NCBI GenBank assembly: GCA_017990495.1
Contig: JAGNNV010000004.1
Location: forward strand, 3,003 to 50,728
DNA length: 47,726 nt
Direction: 5' to 3'
Source of the DNA: Vicinamibacteria bacterium
Lineage (GTDB): Bacteria; Acidobacteriota; Vicinamibacteria; Fen-336; JAGNNV01
Shown: one piece after another, positions 32,666 through 41,052 of the stretch
How the letters are laid out: the number at the start of each line of letters is the position of its first letter
How positions within the stretch are numbered: position 1 is the first letter of the stretch
The notes under the pieces: generated by a model
Told to the model about the DNA's origin: nothing
The model's input: only the letters and a program-made list of their open reading frames with translations
Databases searched by the model: none
Translations under genes and position numbers: made by a program

Positions 32666-34651
32666 ATGCTGATCACAGCCTCCCTCGTTTTCACTCTGGC
32701 CGCCGCCCCCCCCGCCTTCACCGCCAAGGACCTTCACGGGCTCAAACGGCTGGCCGACCCCAAGATCTCCCCCGACTCGAGCTGGGTGCTCTACCAGCAG
32801 ACCACGATTGAACTGGGGAAGGGTCGCAACACCGACCTCTTTGTGATGCCGGCCGAAGGCGGAGCGCCTCGCGCCCTGACCTCGCACCCCAAGGCGGATT
32901 CCCAGGGCCGGTTCTCGAAGGACGGGCGTCAGATCGCCTTCCTCTCCTCGCGCGACGGCGCGCCCCAGATCTACCTGCTCGACCTTGCGGGCGGCGAGGC
33001 CCGGCGAGTGACCCACCTCTCGCAGGGCGTCTCCAACTTCCGATGGGCCACCGCGGACAAGCTGGTGGTGATCACCGACGTTCATCCCGCGTGCACCGGC
33101 GCCGACTTCGACACTTGCACCAAGAAGAAGGTGGAGGAGAAGGGCGAGGGCGTCCGGGTCTACGACAAGCTCTTCGTCCGCCACTGGGACACCTGGGAAG
33201 ACGGTCTGCGGTCGCACATCCTCTGGGTTGACGTGAAGACCGGCGAGGCCAAAGACCTCACCCCGGGCGACGCGGACGTGCCCCCTTATCCCGGGCCCAA
33301 CGACTTCGACGTGTCGCCGGACGGAACGGAGGTCGCCTTCGGCCGCAACGACGACAAGGACGAATCCGCTTCAACCAACGCAGACATCTTCGTGGTCCCG
33401 ACATCGGGCGGTGCAGCGAAGAAGATCGGTTCCGCCCCCGGTTTCGACGGACTGCCCGTGTACAGCCCGGACGGTTCCATGATCGCCTACCACGCGCAGT
33501 TCCGCGCGGGTTTCGAAGCCGACCGCTGGCGGCTCATGGTCTACGACCGAAAGAGCGGCGCCACCAGGAATCTGACCGAGTCCTTCGACCGCAGCGTGGA
33601 TGAGATCGCCTGGTCGCCCGACGCGAAAACCATCTACTTCACCGCCGGCGACGGTCCGCAGAACCCTCTCTTCTCCATCCCGGCCGCGGGCGGCGCACCG
33701 CGCAAAATCGCGGAAGGTCACCTCACCCAGCTCTCGATCGCAAGCGACGGGAAGCGCGCCATCATGGCCCAGGACGCGCTGCACAAGCCCGCGGACATGG
33801 TGAGCGTCGATCTCGCGAGCGGAAAAATCACCCGGCTCACCACGACAAACGATGAAGCTCTCAAGCCCTTCGCGCTTCTGCCCGGCGAGTCCGTCACCTA
33901 CACCGGTTCCCTGGGGAAGAAGGTCCAGGCCTGGGTGGTCAAGCCGGCCAATTTCGACCCCACGAAGAAGTACCCCCTGCTGATGTTGATCCACGGCGGG
34001 CCCCAGGGTGTTTGGGGAGACTCGTGGAGCAACCGCTGGAATCCCCAATTGTTCGCGGCCGCGGGCTTCATCGTTTTCGCGCCCAACCCGCGCGGCTCCA
34101 CCGGCTTCGGCCAGGCTTTCACCGACGACGTGACGAAAGACTGGGGCGGCAAGGCCTACGAGGACATCATGAAGGGCGTCGATTTCGCGGGCGCCCTGCC
34201 TTATGTCGACAAGGACCGGGTGGTGGCCGCGGGCGCCTCCTACGGCGGCTACATGATTAACTGGATGTGCACCCAGACCAAGCGCTTCAAGGCCTTGGTC
34301 TCGCATGACGGCGTCTACGACCTCGAGTCGATGGCCGGCTCCACCGAGGAGCAGTGGTTCACCGACTGGGAGTTCGGCGGACCGCCCTGGAAGGATCGCA
34401 CTCAGTACGAGAAGTATTCGCCTTCGCGTTTCATCGCTCAGTGCACCACCCCCACCCTCATCATCCACAACGACCGCGACTACCGGGTGCCGGTGGAGCA
34501 GGGCCTGCAGATGTTCACGGCTCTGCAACGTCAGAACGTGCCCTCGCGTCTTGTGATGTTCCCCGAGGAGAATCACTGGGTGCTCAAGCCCGAGAACTCC
34601 GTGCGCTGGTACGACGAGGTTCTGGGCTGGCTCACGAAGTGGTCGAACTGA
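32666..34651 (+). CDS. S9-family serine peptidase (acylaminoacyl-peptidase / dipeptidyl-peptidase-like) with N-terminal beta-propeller
   Basis: Short signal peptide. Repeated propeller blades (SPDG..). Catalytic Ser context GASYGGYM. C-terminal HNDRDYRVP and ENHW motifs. Confidence 0.85.
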   Translation: MLITASLVFTLAAAPPAFTAKDLHGLKRLADPKISPDSSWVLYQQTTIELGKGRNTDLFVMPAEGGAPRALTSHPKADSQGRFSKDGRQIAFLSSRDGAPQIYLLDLAGGEARRVTHLSQGVSNFRWATADKLVVITDVHPACTGADFDTCTKKKVEEKGEGVRVYDKLFVRHWDTWEDGLRSHILWVDVKTGEAKDLTPGDADVPPYPGPNDFDVSPDGTEVAFGRNDDKDESASTNADIFVVPTSGGAAKKIGSAPGFDGLPVYSPDGSMIAYHAQFRAGFEADRWRLMVYDRKSGATRNLTESFDRSVDEIAWSPDAKTIYFTAGDGPQNPLFSIPAAGGAPRKIAEGHLTQLSIASDGKRAIMAQDALHKPADMVSVDLASGKITRLTTTNDEALKPFALLPGESVTYTGSLGKKVQAWVVKPANFDPTKKYPLLMLIHGGPQGVWGDSWSNRWNPQLFAAAGFIVFAPNPRGSTGFGQAFTDDVTKDWGGKAYEDIMKGVDFAGALPYVDKDRVVAAGASYGGYMINWMCTQTKRFKALVSHDGVYDLESMAGSTEEQWFTDWEFGGPPWKDRTQYEKYSPSRFIAQCTTPTLIIHNDRDYRVPVEQGLQMFTALQRQNVPSRLVMFPEENHWVLKPENSVRWYDEVLGWLTKWSN

Positions 34652-35724
34652 AGGCCCTCGAACTCGCCGCGAGTCTCGGTCACGAAGAAGTCATCCTTCT
34701 TCATGACCGGGAGTCCGGCTTGCGCGGGGCCATCGCCATTCACGACTCGACGTTCGGCCCCAGCGTCGGGGGCACACGGATGCGCGTTTATCCGAGCTAC
34801 GACGAGGCGATCGTCGACTCCCTTCGTCTCGCTCGGGCCATGACCTACAAGGCGACCATGGTCGAGATGCCTTATGGCGGAGCCAAAGCCGTGATCATGG
34901 GCGACCCGGGTCGGGACAAGAGCCGACCGCTGCTCGTGGCCTACGCGAAGGCGGTGGATCGTCTTGGCGGCCGCTTCTTCACCGGCTGCGACATGGGCAT
35001 CGAGCCGCGCGATCTCAAGGTGATGCAGCGCCACACCAAACACCTGTCGCACGCGAAAGAAGATTCGCCCATCGACACTTCCTACCTTGCGGCTCTGGGT
35101 GTGTTCGAGGGCATCGCCGCGGCGGCCGCGGTTCTCGGGCGGGATTTTTCCTCCCTGCGTGTGGCCATCCAGGGCGTGGGTGCGGTGGGTCTGCGTCTCG
35201 GCAAGCTCCTGGCCGAACACGGCGTCTCGCTGGTGGTGGCCGACACCGACAAGGCGCGGACCGTGCGCGCGGCCCGCGAACTCGAAGCGCAGGTGGTGGA
35301 ACCCGAGGCCATCTACGACGTGGAAGCCGACGTGTTCTCCCCAAACGCCATGGGGGGCATCCTCAATGACGACACCATCGCCCGTCTCAAAGTCCATGCC
35401 ATTGTGGGCGGGGCCAACGAACAGCTTCAAGAACCGCGGCACGGAGACGTCCTCCACTCCCTGCGCATCCTGTGGGGGCCCGACTACGTGGTGAACGCTG
35501 GCGGACTGTTGAGCCTGCTCTACGAGACCAAACAGGCGGACGAGGCTGGTGTGGAGGAGCGTGTGAGAATGATCGGGCCGCGCCTCGCCGACATCTGGCA
35601 GCGGTCCGAGGAAGAAGAAGACGCCCCCGGGGTCATCGCCGATCGGATCGTCGAGGAACGCCTCGCCCTCGGACGGCGGGCCAGGTCGGAATCGGTGCGC
35701 AGGACGAAGTACGAAGACGACTGA
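34639..35724 (+). CDS. Leucine/valine/phenylalanine dehydrogenase family (Glu/Leu/Phe/Val DH)
   Basis: GLRGAIAIHDSTFGPSVGGTRM and YGGAKAVI catalytic-Lys region, plus Rossmann IQGVGAVG. GTG 34639 overlaps the peptidase 3' end by 13 nt. Confidence 0.8.
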   Translation: MVELKALELAASLGHEEVILLHDRESGLRGAIAIHDSTFGPSVGGTRMRVYPSYDEAIVDSLRLARAMTYKATMVEMPYGGAKAVIMGDPGRDKSRPLLVAYAKAVDRLGGRFFTGCDMGIEPRDLKVMQRHTKHLSHAKEDSPIDTSYLAALGVFEGIAAAAAVLGRDFSSLRVAIQGVGAVGLRLGKLLAEHGVSLVVADTDKARTVRAARELEAQVVEPEAIYDVEADVFSPNAMGGILNDDTIARLKVHAIVGGANEQLQEPRHGDVLHSLRILWGPDYVVNAGGLLSLLYETKQADEAGVEERVRMIGPRLADIWQRSEEEEDAPGVIADRIVEERLALGRRARSESVRRTKYEDD

Positions 35725-35741
35725 AGAAAGAGCAGGGCCCC

Positions 35742-36530
35742 ATGCAACAGATCACTATCGGCGGTGTCGAAATTCAATACGCCGACAAGGGTCAGGGCCC
35801 ATCGGTTCTGTTCCTGCATGGCTTCCCGCTCTCTCTTGCGATGTGGGATGCCCAGGAGGCGCTTTCCGATCGTTATCGGATCGTGCGCTTCGATGCCCGG
35901 GGCCACGGCGGCTCCGGCGTGGGTGACTCAGCGCTTTCGATGGAGCGCATCGCCGATGACGCCGCGGTCCTTATCGAACAACTGCGTCTCGGCCCGGTGA
36001 TCCTGGTCGGTTGCTCGATGGGCGGCTACGCCGCGTTCTCCTTCGCCCGCAAACACGCGGCGCTCTTGCGCGGTCTGGTTCTGGTCGACACGCGCGCCGG
36101 CGCCGATTCCCCGGAAGCGCGCACCGGCCGTGGTGAACTCGCGGCCAAGGTGATGAAGGACGGCGCGCAACCCGCCCTCGATGCCTTCCTGCCCAAGGTC
36201 GTCGGGGACACCACCAGGAAGTCCCGGGCCGACGTGGTGGTGAAGGTCAAGGACATGATTCTGGCGACACCGCCGCGCGGCATCTCGGACGCCTTGCACG
36301 GCATCGCAGCCCGGCCGGACTCCACACCCTTCCTTCGCGAGATCGCTGTTCCCACTCTGGTGGTCTGTGGCGAGGAAGACGTGATCACACCGCGAGCGGA
36401 AGCGGAGATTCTCCAGAAGGGTATCAAGGGCGCCGAACTCGCCATGATCCCGATGTCGGGCCATCTCCCCTCGATGGAAACGCCGGAAGAGTTCAACACG
36501 ATCCTCCGCGCCTTCCTCGCCCGGTTCTGA
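35742..36530 (+). CDS. Alpha/beta-fold hydrolase
   Basis: LFLHGFP, nucleophile elbow GCSMGGY, and a C-terminal SGHLP His motif. Confidence 0.8.
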   Translation: MQQITIGGVEIQYADKGQGPSVLFLHGFPLSLAMWDAQEALSDRYRIVRFDARGHGGSGVGDSALSMERIADDAAVLIEQLRLGPVILVGCSMGGYAAFSFARKHAALLRGLVLVDTRAGADSPEARTGRGELAAKVMKDGAQPALDAFLPKVVGDTTRKSRADVVVKVKDMILATPPRGISDALHGIAARPDSTPFLREIAVPTLVVCGEEDVITPRAEAEILQKGIKGAELAMIPMSGHLPSMETPEEFNTILRAFLARF

Positions 36531-36686
36531 TCTCATACAGCGCTGAGTCCCGCGAGAAGCGCTCGAACCGTTGCGGCCATCGAGGCCTGAAGAAGAGACG
36601 GTATTCTTCCGAATTCTCGGGATGTGTGGGGACGGCCGCCCGCTGGAAACGGCCGAGTTGTTTCACGCAGCTTTCGGAGGAGCAGA

Positions 36687-37511
36687 ATGCGCACCCTGGT
36701 CACTTGTGTTTTGCTGGCGGTGATGGCCGCACCCTCTGTCCACGCGGCAGACCGCTACAAAGTCGGCGACACCGTTCAATGCGACGCGACGCAGATCGGA
36801 AGTTTCAGAACCGGCAAGGTCGTTGGCATCCAGCCGCGCCCGGGCTGGCCTGATCCTTTCTACCAGGTGGTTCTTGAGGGCGAGCGGGATCCAAGCCTCT
36901 GCCTTCCGAAATTCATGAAGGCCGCCCCTGCCCGAGGGGCGGGCACTCCGTCCGCCCGGACAAACAAGCAGCCACCCGACACCCGGCCGATGCAGCCGAC
37001 AAAGCCGGCCGAGCAGGAGGCGAGTTCGTCGTCGAATCCGCTTTGCGTCAAAGGTAAGAAGCTGGAAGCAGCCCTTGGCATCAGCTGGTACGCGGCGACC
37101 GTCCTCGCGCCGCCCGATGCCAACGGCATGTGCCTCGTCCACTACGACGGATATCCGTCGCTCTATGACATTCCCGTCTCCGCGGGCAGCCTGCGACCGG
37201 CAGGGTCCGGCCCCATCGTCAAACCGTCGCGTCCCGTGGATGAAGCAGGAACGGCCGCCCCCGCATCAGGTCTCAAGATGGGCGAATACGCCTGCTACGG
37301 CTCGGGCGGCACCGTGCTCGCCGGGATGGGTTTCAAAGTGGTGGGCGCGGGTCGCTACACCGACCTCGACGGCAAGAATTCCGGCACCTTCACCGTGGCC
37401 GGAGGCACCGTGACCTTCCGAGGTGGTCACCTGAACGGCGAAACCGGGCGCAACCTCAATGCCAAGGGCCAGTTCGTGACCCACCTCTACGCCACCTGCG
37501 AGCCCTGGTAG
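36687..37511 (+). CDS. Secreted hypothetical protein with two SH3/Tudor-like segments and a Pro/Ser-rich linker
   Basis: GGAGGAG RBS. Signal peptide MRTLVTCVLLAVMAAPSVHA. YKVGDTVQCD..GKVVGI and WYAATVLAPP..LVHYDGY segments. Confidence 0.55.
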   Translation: MRTLVTCVLLAVMAAPSVHAADRYKVGDTVQCDATQIGSFRTGKVVGIQPRPGWPDPFYQVVLEGERDPSLCLPKFMKAAPARGAGTPSARTNKQPPDTRPMQPTKPAEQEASSSSNPLCVKGKKLEAALGISWYAATVLAPPDANGMCLVHYDGYPSLYDIPVSAGSLRPAGSGPIVKPSRPVDEAGTAAPASGLKMGEYACYGSGGTVLAGMGFKVVGAGRYTDLDGKNSGTFTVAGGTVTFRGGHLNGETGRNLNAKGQFVTHLYATCEPW

Positions 37512-37555
37512 GCCAACAGCCTGGCGGTCTGCGGCGAGGAAGAGGTGACTCAAAC

Positions 37556-38569
37556 CTATGGCCTATTCAGGTTGTACCTCATGATCCGACCGTGGGGGCC
37601 TTCGCGGTCGCGTTCGAGTTCGTAGCAGTCGCCCGCGACGCCACGACCCGCCAGGCCGCCCAGCAGCTGCAGGTCGTTCGCGTCGAGCCGTACAAGAGGC
37701 GCGGCTGTGGTCTGGGGAAGATGAGAGGTGTCGCGCGCGCCGACGATGGCCGCGGCCACGTGGGGTTGAGCGAGAACCCAGGCGATGCCGATCGCCCCGA
37801 TGGTGACCCCGTGTTTGAGGGCGATGCGCCCGACCGTCTCCAGCAAGGATTGGAAACCATCCCAACCCACGGCCTCATCAATGATGAGCTTGTACTTGGT
37901 GAGAGAGCGGTTCTCGAAGGGTTCGCGCGGCTCCGGCGCGCCCAGCCATCGCTCGTGCAGAAAACCGCCGAGGACTGAGCCGTAGACGAGAAGCCGGAAG
38001 CCCCTTTCTGCGGCGAGCGCGCTCATCGCTCCTTTGGGCCGACGGTCGAGAAGCGAATACTGGACCTGATGCGAGACCACGGGAACGCCCGCGTCGATCA
38101 GCGCGCGGAGCCTGGGAGTGTCGAAGTTGGTGACCCCAATGTGCCGGATTGCTCCTTCGCGGCGGAGGGTATCGAGATGACGCGCCACTTCGACGAAGCG
38201 GTCCACCGAGTAGTCCCACCAATGAAACTGAACCAGGTCGAGAGCCTTTCGGCGCAAGCGTGTGCTTGATCGATCGATGATGGCCCGAACCTCCGCCTCG
38301 TTGACCGTGGCCAGGGAGGCGAGATCCGGCACGTACTTGGTGTGAACCTCGATCGCACGGCCCGAGGCCTCCGCGAAGGATCCGATCTGTTCCTCGACCC
38401 CGGTGTAGATGTCGGCGCAATCAAAGGTGGTGATGCCCGCCTCCACGAAAGCCGCCATGTCGGCATGGGCCTCGGCGGCGGTCGAACGCGCGCTGTGGCC
38501 TTGCGCGAGTTGCCATCCCCCTTTGATGATCCGGGAGATCGAGTATCCCGGAACAAGATCAATGCGCAC
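37556..38569 (-). CDS. Aldo/keto reductase
   Basis: IIKGGWQLAQGH, TFDCADIY, HIGVTNF and VQYSLLDRR motifs. GTG 38569 chosen, giving ~337 aa. The track ORF extends to 38677. Confidence 0.8.
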   Translation of the reverse strand: MRIDLVPGYSISRIIKGGWQLAQGHSARSTAAEAHADMAAFVEAGITTFDCADIYTGVEEQIGSFAEASGRAIEVHTKYVPDLASLATVNEAEVRAIIDRSSTRLRRKALDLVQFHWWDYSVDRFVEVARHLDTLRREGAIRHIGVTNFDTPRLRALIDAGVPVVSHQVQYSLLDRRPKGAMSALAAERGFRLLVYGSVLGGFLHERWLGAPEPREPFENRSLTKYKLIIDEAVGWDGFQSLLETVGRIALKHGVTIGAIGIAWVLAQPHVAAAIVGARDTSHLPQTTAAPLVRLDANDLQLLGGLAGRGVAGDCYELERDREGPHGRIMRYNLNRP

Positions 38570-38978
38570 GTTTGCGTGACTTCGTCGAGGGCATCGGAGC
38601 GGGAAGGGGGACCGCGGTGACCGCGGCGTGATCGAAGACGCTGGTTCCGGCGCGGAGGATGCGGAACCGCCCGCCACAATGGGGATCGGGACAGGCGATG
38701 ACCGCGTCGGTGGTCATCCAGTCGTTCGGGTGGGTCTCCCGCTGCTTGGCGGGGAGCAGCGGCAACAGGGCAGCCAACGAGTAGAGAGGAAAAGTCTGGC
38801 CCGCGGGCAGCGAGAGGTTTTCGCCGCGCAGCTCGAAGAAATCGCCTTCGCGGTGATTGCAGATCATGGGCTGACCCGCGGCCTTCTCCACCACCACCTT
38901 GAGGTCGTAGAGCCGGAATGTGGCGCGGGCGGGAGGTTTGGGGGAGGCGGGGCTCTTCTTCGGCATTCCACTTAGCAT
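38559..38978 (-). CDS. TIGR04076-like small Cys-containing protein
   Basis: LYDLKVVVEK..ICNHREGDFFEL..FPLYSLAALLPLLPAKQR..DWM..ACPDP matches my recollection of the TIGR04076 family. Start is uncertain (GTG 38984, ATG 38978 or ATG 38966). The 3' end overlaps the AKR start by 11 nt. Confidence 0.6.
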   Translation of the reverse strand: MLSGMPKKSPASPKPPARATFRLYDLKVVVEKAAGQPMICNHREGDFFELRGENLSLPAGQTFPLYSLAALLPLLPAKQRETHPNDWMTTDAVIACPDPHCGGRFRILRAGTSVFDHAAVTAVPLPAPMPSTKSRKRAH

Positions 38979-38986
38979 AGCCACCG

Positions 38987-40378
38987 ATGACCGAGGGATC
39001 CGCGTCCGCCCGTCTTTCCTTCCACGGCGGGATCCCGGGCTCGCTCATCCCCGCTTTCGTCTTCCTGGCCGGCGTCACCGCCCTCGCCCTTCAGGGAGCG
39101 CCCGACGAGCGAGGCTTCTGGCCCGTCCTCCTCGGAGCCTTGTGCGTCAGCATGCTGCTGGCCCGCGATCGCACCGCGTGGAGCGAAACCGTCATTCGTT
39201 CCATGAGTCAGGAAATCGTGGCCCTCATGATCCTGGCCTGGCTGCTTTCCGGTGTGCTCTCCGAACTTCTGCGCGCCTCCGGCCTGATCCAGGCCCTCGT
39301 CACCGCCGGTTCGTTCCTGGGTTTTTCGGGCGGCGGTTACGTGGCCCTGTCCTTCCTGATCTGCGCCCTCGTCTCCACCGCCACGGGGACGAGCTTCGGG
39401 ACGATTCTCGTGTGTGGTCCGCTTCTTTATCCCGCGGGCGGGTCCCTGGCCGCCGACCCGTATTGGCTCGCCGGCGCGATCCTGGGGGGTGCGACCTTCG
39501 GGGACAGCATCTCGCCCATCTCCGACACCACCATCGCCTCGGCGGGCACACAGGGTGCGGACATCGGCGGCGTGGTTCGAAGCCGCCTCGGCTACGTCTG
39601 GCCCCCGGCCCTGCTCGCTCTCGTCGTGGGATTCCTGGCCGGACGCGGCGAGGGAACGAGCAGCGGGGCCGCCATCGAAGGTTCCTTGCGCGCCCTGCCC
39701 ATGCTGGCAGCACCCGCCCTGGCTCTTGGACTGCTCCTGCGGAAAAAGCATCTTCTCGAGGGATTGCTCATGGGCATCCTGCTCGCGACGGGTCTGGGTC
39801 TCAGCCTCGGTCTCGTCGCCCCTTCCGACCTTCTCTACCTCGACCGCGAGAACTTCCTGGCCCGAGGTCTCATCTTGAAGGGTCTCGAACGCGGCGTGGG
39901 TGTGTCTGTGTTCACTCTTCTTCTGATGGGCCTCGTGGGCACGCTGGTGGCGACCGGCCTTCAGGACTCACTGGTCGATCTGGCCCGACGAAAGGCCCGA
40001 ACCTTGCGCGCCACCGAGATCTCCATCGTGGTCGCGGTGAGCATCGCCGTTCTTCTCACCACGCACAGCGTGGTGGCCATGCTGGCAGTAGGTGCGTTCG
40101 CCCGGGAGACGGGAGGGCGGTTTGGTCTGTCCGCCTATCGGCGCGCGAACCTCCTCGACGTGACCGTCTGCACCTACCCCTTCCTGCTCCCCTATTTCCT
40201 GCCGACCATTCTGATGGCGTCGGCCACTGCTGCAGGCGGCGACTTCGGCATGCCGCGGCTGAGTCCGCTCGACGTGGGTCTCTTCAATCTCTATTCGTGG
40301 GGTCTTCTTGCGATGATTGGAATCGCGGTCGGTTCGGGATATCTCCGGGGCCCGATCGAACAGGACCCCACAGAGTGA
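38987..40378 (+). CDS. NhaC-family Na+/H+ antiporter-like membrane protein
   Basis: Polytopic membrane protein about 460 aa long, with a GDSISPISDTTI motif typical of NhaC-type carriers. Confidence 0.7.
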   Translation: MTEGSASARLSFHGGIPGSLIPAFVFLAGVTALALQGAPDERGFWPVLLGALCVSMLLARDRTAWSETVIRSMSQEIVALMILAWLLSGVLSELLRASGLIQALVTAGSFLGFSGGGYVALSFLICALVSTATGTSFGTILVCGPLLYPAGGSLAADPYWLAGAILGGATFGDSISPISDTTIASAGTQGADIGGVVRSRLGYVWPPALLALVVGFLAGRGEGTSSGAAIEGSLRALPMLAAPALALGLLLRKKHLLEGLLMGILLATGLGLSLGLVAPSDLLYLDRENFLARGLILKGLERGVGVSVFTLLLMGLVGTLVATGLQDSLVDLARRKARTLRATEISIVVAVSIAVLLTTHSVVAMLAVGAFARETGGRFGLSAYRRANLLDVTVCTYPFLLPYFLPTILMASATAAGGDFGMPRLSPLDVGLFNLYSWGLLAMIGIAVGSGYLRGPIEQDPTE

Positions 40379-41007
40379 TCATCGAGACCTTTCCCGTCGG
40401 ACCCCTTCAGTGCAACTGCACCATCCTCGGCGACCCCGAGACGGGCGAAGCCATCGTCATCGATCCCGGCGACGAGGCGCTGGTGGTGCTGAAGCGGCTG
40501 GCCGCCCATGGCCTCAAGCCCAAGGCCATCCTCATCACCCACACCCACCTCGACCATGTGGCGGGGAACCACGAGGTGAAGCAGAAAACGGGAGCGAAGG
40601 TGATGCTGCATGAGAAGGACCTGCCCCTCTACGACAACCTGAAGATGCAGGCTCAGTTCATCGGCATGGCCACACCCGTCCGGGCCGAGGTGGACGAACA
40701 CATCCACCAGGGCGATGTCATCGCGTTCGGCGGCAAGGGTGATTCGGTGGAGGTGCTGCACACCCCCGGTCACACTCCGGGGTCGTGCAGCTTCTTCGTG
40801 GCCAGCCAGAATCTGCTTTTTTCAGGCGACACTCTGTTCTCGGGTTCGGTCGGTCGCACCGACTTGTGGGGAGGCGACTTCGATACCGAGATCCGCTCGA
40901 TCCGCGAACGGTTGTTGCCCCTCCCCGACCGCACGCGGGTGATCGCGGGTCACGGTCCCGACACCACAATCCAGGAAGAGCGCCAGTCGAATCCGTTTCT
41001 CGCCTGA
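40375..41007 (+). CDS. MBL-fold metallo-hydrolase (glyoxalase II-like)
   Basis: THTHLDHVAG metal motif, and HTPGHTPGS. The GTG start overlaps the upstream stop (GTGA). Confidence 0.85.
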   Translation: MIIETFPVGPLQCNCTILGDPETGEAIVIDPGDEALVVLKRLAAHGLKPKAILITHTHLDHVAGNHEVKQKTGAKVMLHEKDLPLYDNLKMQAQFIGMATPVRAEVDEHIHQGDVIAFGGKGDSVEVLHTPGHTPGSCSFFVASQNLLFSGDTLFSGSVGRTDLWGGDFDTEIRSIRERLLPLPDRTRVIAGHGPDTTIQEERQSNPFLA

Positions 41008-41052
41008 TCGCACGTTGATGGCCTCGACCACAAGCGCGCGCTGAGCTCCGAA

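Noticed and set aside
38920-41007. 695-aa plus-strand ORF
   Set aside because: Only its last ~210 codons (from GTG 40375) are real, forming the MBL hydrolase. The upstream part is an Arg/Pro-rich out-of-frame reading across the NhaC gene.
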